From: the human T2T-CHM13v2.0 reference genome, Homo sapiens
Assembly: GCA_009914755.4 (NCBI GenBank)
Contig: CP068257.2
Coordinates: 2,720,001-2,784,000, forward strand
Direction of reading: 5' to 3'
DNA length: 64,000 bases
The notes below the pieces were generated by a model. The model saw only the letters and a list, made by a program, of their open reading frames with translations. It did no database searches and was not told the origin of the DNA. A program made the position numbers and the translations under genes. Shown one piece after another: positions 57,091 to 64,000 of the stretch. Position 1 is the first letter of the stretch, and each line of letters starts with the position of its first letter.

Positions 57091-59096
57091 AAAGATATCA
57101 GTGTTATTTATAGTAATATAAAAATTTAATGTAATTTTTATCAAAATCCCAATGGTATATTTTTGCAGATTTTTCAAATTATATATATGATTTCTAAATT
57201 ATTGTTATGGATTTCTTGCAAGTTAATCCATGTCACCGTTACTTAATAACAATCTGTCTCTTTTTAAAATTTTTAACTTAAAATATATTTTGTTTAATAT
57301 AATTATGACCATGCCCCTCCAATTGTAGCTACTCTTTGCATAAAATATATTTTCTTTATACTGCTACTTTCAACTTATTTGGGTCCTTAGAGCTAAAATG
57401 ACTCTTGTAGAGAGTACATTGCTGGATCTTCTTTGTTCTTAATCCATTAAATCATTTTCTGCATTTTGTTTAAGGTATTTAACTTTTTGTATTTGAAGTA
57501 ATTACTGTAGTTAATGAAGTTACTATTATTATTTGGAATTGTCTTCTGTGTTTCTTGTAGATGTGTTATTTATCATTTTTTTCTCTTACTGCTTTATTTT
57601 TCTTCATTGATTTTGTAGTGACATGATTCAATTTCTTTCTCATTTGCTTCTGCATACCATCTACAGGTTTTTTTGTAATCATCTTGAGAAATAAAGACTT
57701 CATAAAACATCTTAAAGTTATGACAATATATAATGACTATATTTCAATGGAATGCAAAGCTTTACCTCTTTATACCCCCACTTTGTTATTAATATCACTT
57801 GTTATCTTTTCTTATTGAGTATCTATGAACCCATATTTATGCAGCTTTCTGCTTCATTTTTTAAATTCCATAGCAATAACGTGAAAGTTTTGTGCACCAT
57901 CATTATGACAGTAGAGGTTTCTATAGCTGTTTATGTATTTACATTTAATAGAGAGCTTTCTATTTTCATATGCTTTTATGACGCTGTGCAGCATATATTG
58001 TCATTTTTGGACGTGATAGACTTTCTTTTACATTTCCTTTAGCAGTGTTCCAGTGGTCAGTAACACACTCAACTTTTATTTGTTTTGGAAATGCTTAACT
58101 TTTTTTTCTGAAGTGAAATTATTCCAGTTGAAGGTTTTTGTTTAGCATGATTTCTTCTTGTTTAATTACCTTGTCATCTAGGGAGTTCTCAGCTACTTTT
58201 TAAAAATATCCTCTTTATTATTTTTCTCCTATACTGTTTTTCTAAGACTCCTTTTATAAATACAGTGGTCCACTTGGTGGTGTGCTGTAAGTCCCAATTT
58301 TCATTTTTTCTCTATTCTGTTTAAAAAATTTGTTTTCATGAATCAGTATTTATAAGTGCAATGTTATCAACTGTCTAATTTTTTCTGCTTTATTAAATCC
58401 GCTTTTGTGACTGCTGATTAAATTTTTAATATAGTTACTGTGTTCTTCAGAGTCACAATTTTTCTTGGTTTTTAAAAATCTTTTTATTGATATCTCGTTT
58501 TCTTCATGCATCACTTCTAATATTCTTTTGTTATCTATGTTCTGTTTTTGTTCATTAAGCACTTTTTTCTAATTACATTTTAATGTAATTAGAATGTCCA
58601 CCTTTACAATACACAAATACAGTAACGGTAACTCGCACTAAAACAAAGCATACTTCTGATAGCCATTATTTTTCTCTTTGGGACAAATTTAAAGTTTTTC
58701 TTTTGTCACAAAAACAGGAATGTACTTATACAAAGGCTCAAAATAGGCCATCTTTTTAAACAAAAAGGCAATGATTCACAAAAGACTATGAATAGAACAT
58801 GTAACTAATTGATACAAATCTAATAGGATTTGTTAAAATCAGCCACATCCAATACATCTGAAGTGTACTTGTATAAAATATCACGTGAAGAAAAGAAGAC
58901 TTTATCAATATCTTAAAAAGTGGGTTTGTTCATAGTCTGACAAGTTACCATTAAAAGTGTTTCCTGTGACATAAGGAAATGCAATATTATTTTTCTTGAA
59001 CCCTTTCAGCGCAAGACTTTCCACTCAATAAAATCGCAGAGGATCTGAAACTGAGAAAATATACTTGATTACTAACAACTTGTGAAACTTAATACT

Positions 59097-61100
<2,004 letters not shown>

Positions 61101-61262
61101 TGACGCCACTATGAACCCAATATAAATTTGTTCACAAACTCTATAGTTCACACGATGGGTTGTCCGTCTTTTTAAGGGAATACAGCTTCTTTGGTTCAAA
61201 ACCATTTAAGGTGATGAAACCCGTTTGCTTGCAACTCCGCCACAATCGCGCAGCCACCAACG

Positions 61263-61351
61263 AATCTCACCACGACCCCAGGCCGAAGCCGCCTCCATTC
61301 CCAGGGATGGCGGACTCCGGGCGCTCTAGACCTGGGGTCGTGGTGAGATTC
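61263..61351. repeat. GC-rich hairpin: 21-bp perfect inverted repeat (GAATCTCACCACGACCCCAGG ... CCTGGGGTCGTGGTGAGATTC) around a CpG-containing loop of about 47 bp
   Basis: Read directly. The loop is CCGAAGCCGCCTCCATTCCCAGGGATGGCGGACTCCGGGCGCTCTAGA and is itself partly self-complementary. Confidence 0.6.
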
Positions 61352-62617
61352 TCCCTTGGATGCCCCTGTTCTACAGTAAAGGAAATATCTTTGGAATGTA
61401 AAAAGAGAGAAAATAATAGGCATCACCCCAATAGGCAATAATGAACAAATAACAAAGATGAGAGGTGCAAAGGCCAAGGAGGAAACTTTAAAAATGTGAT
61501 GTGGGAAGTTCGCTTCAATGAAATTGGTTCTGGAAGATCCTAGATTTACTTCTTTTGCTGCCACAGATGGACATTTCCTACCCTATGCTTATTATGCTCC
61601 TAAATCTTCTAAGGCTCCTCCTGTCCCTCCACTAACATTCCAGGGCATTCACAGTGACAGCCGAAGTTCTCCTCTTCTTTCTGTTATTCCCTTGAAGGCC
61701 TTGTGGTCTGAGTGCTTTTCCATTGTTTTGGGGGATCTGGGGAAATCTGCACATTTTGCGAGACTTCTATATTAAGCTATTTTGTAAAAATCTGTTCCTC
61801 ATGTCAGAAGTTTGTGAGAGTAAAAGTGCAGGCATTGGGGTTTGGTTCACATATTTCAGAAACACCAAGGACAAATGTTTCTGCTTCATAATTTTCAGTC
61901 CTATGATTTCAAATGTGATCCTGCAAAAAAATCGGAAAAACTTTTATCAGAGCCCAAAACACCTCAGCACATATGATATAGTGAAGCTTCTATTTCACTT
62001 TATTCTTTTTTTCATCTCTGGTAATGTAGGTCAAAAAGTTTTCTTTTCCTTGGTAGAAATTAACTTAAAAACGTGAACTCTCTATGCCAAGCACCTCACC
62101 TGTGGAATAGTTTATTGTATCTACTCACCTCAAAGAATTTTTAAAGACCTTAATGCCATAGAAAAACTTAGAAACCTGCCAAGAATAGAATAAATTCTTA
62201 ATTGTTACATGATTTCTTATTGAGTTATTTTATTATTTAATCTTATATAAAGCTTAGTGGGACTGTGATCTGCACGTTTTCACTTTTTGATTTTTATGTA
62301 TCCCAAATTAGCCTATAATTTTAGCTTCAGGGATTTCAGAATAGCATACTTGAATTTATGTGTTATATAAAAAGTGAATTACTTAGTATGCACCTCACAT
62401 TAATAAAATTTCAGTTTGTGTGTCTAAGTTTACTGCATAGAAAAACTTATCATTAGTGTTTCTATTAACTTTCCTCAACATTATCTGAATGATAGTATAA
62501 TTTATTTCTCATTGCTTATTATGTAGTAGTGTTTCATTGCATATTTTTCAATATTCATGTTGTTCCCATATTTAAAAATGTAAAGCTTTTCTTTACTTAA
62601 AAAAAAAACAAATTATA

Positions 62618-62900
62618 GGCCAGTGCGGTGGCTCACGCTTGTAATCCCAGTACTTTAAGAGGCTGAGGTGGGTGGATCACAATGTCAGGGGTTCAAGACC
62701 AGCCTGGCCAACATGGTGAAACCCCGTCTCCACAAAAACCACAGAAAGAATGAGCAGGGCATGGGGGCGGGTGCCTATAATCCCAGCTACTCGGGAGGCT
62801 GGGGCAGAGAATTGCTTCAGCCTGGTAGGTGGAGGATGCAGTGAGCCGAGGTCTCGCCACTACACTCCAGCCTGGGTAACAGAGCGAGACTCTGTTCTCT
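62618..62900 (+). mobile_element. Full-length Alu (AluS-like) in plus orientation, lacking a 3' A-tail
   Basis: GGCCAGTGCGGTGGCTCACGCTTGTAATCCCAGTACTTTAAGAGGCTGAGGTGGGTGGATCACAATGTCAGGGGTTCAAGACCAGCCTGGCCAACATGGTGAAACCCCGTCTCCACAAAAA...GCAGTGAGCCGAGGTCTCGCCACTACACTCCAGCCTGGGTAACAGAGCGAGACTCTGTTCTC. Confidence 0.9.
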
Positions 62901-63511
62901 AATATCATTGAAATCTTCATTAAAATTTTCTTCTAAATGTTCTTTATAGAAGATTATAATGCATTTGTTGTGAAATTTTGTTACTCTAACCATATGCTAA
63001 TAATTCAAAATCTGTTCTTTATGGGTGTCCAGTTATGGTTGAATATTTCAGTTATCTAGAAAGAGTCTTCTTCAGTTGCATGATTTGTTTATTCAGTATT
63101 TCACAGGTTAATGTTTATCCAATTTTGTTTTGTAATATTTTATATTCCTGTATTTTCCTGTTAGGATAGGCTGTCTTACATCATTTAATTGTGTTTTTAG
63201 TTTCTGCTTATATGTTATAATTTTTTATGACTATATTTAACTGTGTACACTTTAAAAGAGTGTAGAAAAAAAGTCAAATATGAATCAACCATATGTGTAT
63301 TGCAAACATAATTCTCTGTTCGTTTGACTGTATAAACATTACTCATGCTTTATTTATGACTTCTGTATTTATTTAATTAGTGGGTGGTCAATTATTTTTT
63401 TAATCCTCTCTGGGTGAGTAGTTGTGGAAATTGCCCTAATTTCCACATCTATGTATTAATGAATCTATATTACGTTTGCGTGAGGAAAACACCTCTGTGA
63501 TGCGAGGGTAA

Positions 63512-64000
63512 TTTTTTTTTTTTTTTTTTTTTGACCACAGAAGTTTTTATTGCCCTCCTGCTCCGCAAAGGGACCTTGCTTCTGCTGGTTTAGCACCTCA
63601 AGACGTCTGTGATGTTGGTCTCAGACACCACTTTGCCGTCCACTATCCTGTGGGAGTTGGTCTTTTGGATGCTTTACAGGTATTTGCTGCTGTCCAGAAT
63701 ACCACCAAGATTGAAGTCCTCCCCATCTTCTAGCAGGCGGCAGTAGGTGGCAATCTCTGTGAAATGGGACACAGAGATCCAGGAGCCCCAGACCCCACGC
63801 CTCATAGAAGCTCGCCGCGCTGCTGACCTGCTGAGCACTTTAGCTGGGCGACTGGACAGATCCCAGGGACAGTTGATGGAGAAGGTGCGGAGCAAGTGGT
63901 GAAGCTCGCTGTGCACGGGGAGGAAAGCGAGAGGACAGGACTCAGGTTTTGCCGAGGTCCTGAAGATAATTATTGAAATGCATTAAAACGGTATCTCACT
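63512..64000 (-). pseudogene. Processed pseudogene of KRT18 (keratin 18). It comprises the 3'UTR, the C-terminal tail and the end of the rod domain, runs off the window edge, and has a premature stop and frameshifts
   Basis: The T-run at 63512-63532 is a poly-A tail on the minus strand. Just inside it, the minus strand reads ..AATAAA.. and TAAACCAGCAGAAGCAAGGTCCCTTTGCGGAGCAGGAGGGCAATAAAAAC, matching the KRT18 3'UTR as recalled. The minus-strand translation is ..EIATYCRLLEDGEDFNLGGILDSSKYL*SIQKTNSHRIVDGKVVSETNITDVLRC*. KRT18 reads EIATYRRLLEDGEDFNLGDALDSSNSMQTIQKTTTRRIVDGKVVSETNDTKVLRH*. Confidence 0.8.

Overview
This window is eukaryotic, and the sequence matches human pericentromeric DNA. 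It is not a prokaryotic locus. Operons, CRISPR arrays and defence systems are not applicable and none were found.

Layout, left to right:
- 1-42172: one continuous tandem array of a 48-bp satellite, about 880 monomers. The monomer is roughly GGACAAACATTCAGACCCTCGTAGCAGTGTTCTGGAATCCTATGTGAG. From memory it matches the 48-bp 'CER' centromeric satellite described for chr22 and the acrocentric short arms. The array has two sequence-distinct domains and local higher-order repeats of about 720 bp.
- 42541-43620: a GC-rich junction segment of about 1.1 kb with inverted-repeat arms of about 240 bp.
- 44139-44192: a (TG)n(TA)n microsatellite.
- 44430-47570, minus strand: a degenerate, LTR-less fragment of a class I (gamma-like) endogenous retrovirus. 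It keeps pol (RT and RNase H) and the env transmembrane domain. It is bracketed by inverted, homologous segments of about 70 bp that abut microsatellites.
- 47690-47800: a (TAGA)n-type microsatellite.
- 48191-54237, plus strand: a full-length young L1 (L1PA/L1HS-like). ORF1 is intact. ORF2 is full-length but carries two nonsense mutations and one single-base frameshift.
- 54240-64000: AT-rich unique sequence with Alu copies and fragments.
- 59097-61100, minus strand: a CTBP2 processed pseudogene.
- 63512 to the window end, minus strand: the 3' part of a KRT18 processed pseudogene.

The many long ORFs in the supplied six-frame track over 1-42 kb are artefacts. A 48-bp period equals 16 codons, so the repeat reads open on both strands. 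I found no functional cellular gene and no novel biological system. The observations worth following up are architectural and evolutionary: how the satellite is organised, and the nested or inverted repeat structures.
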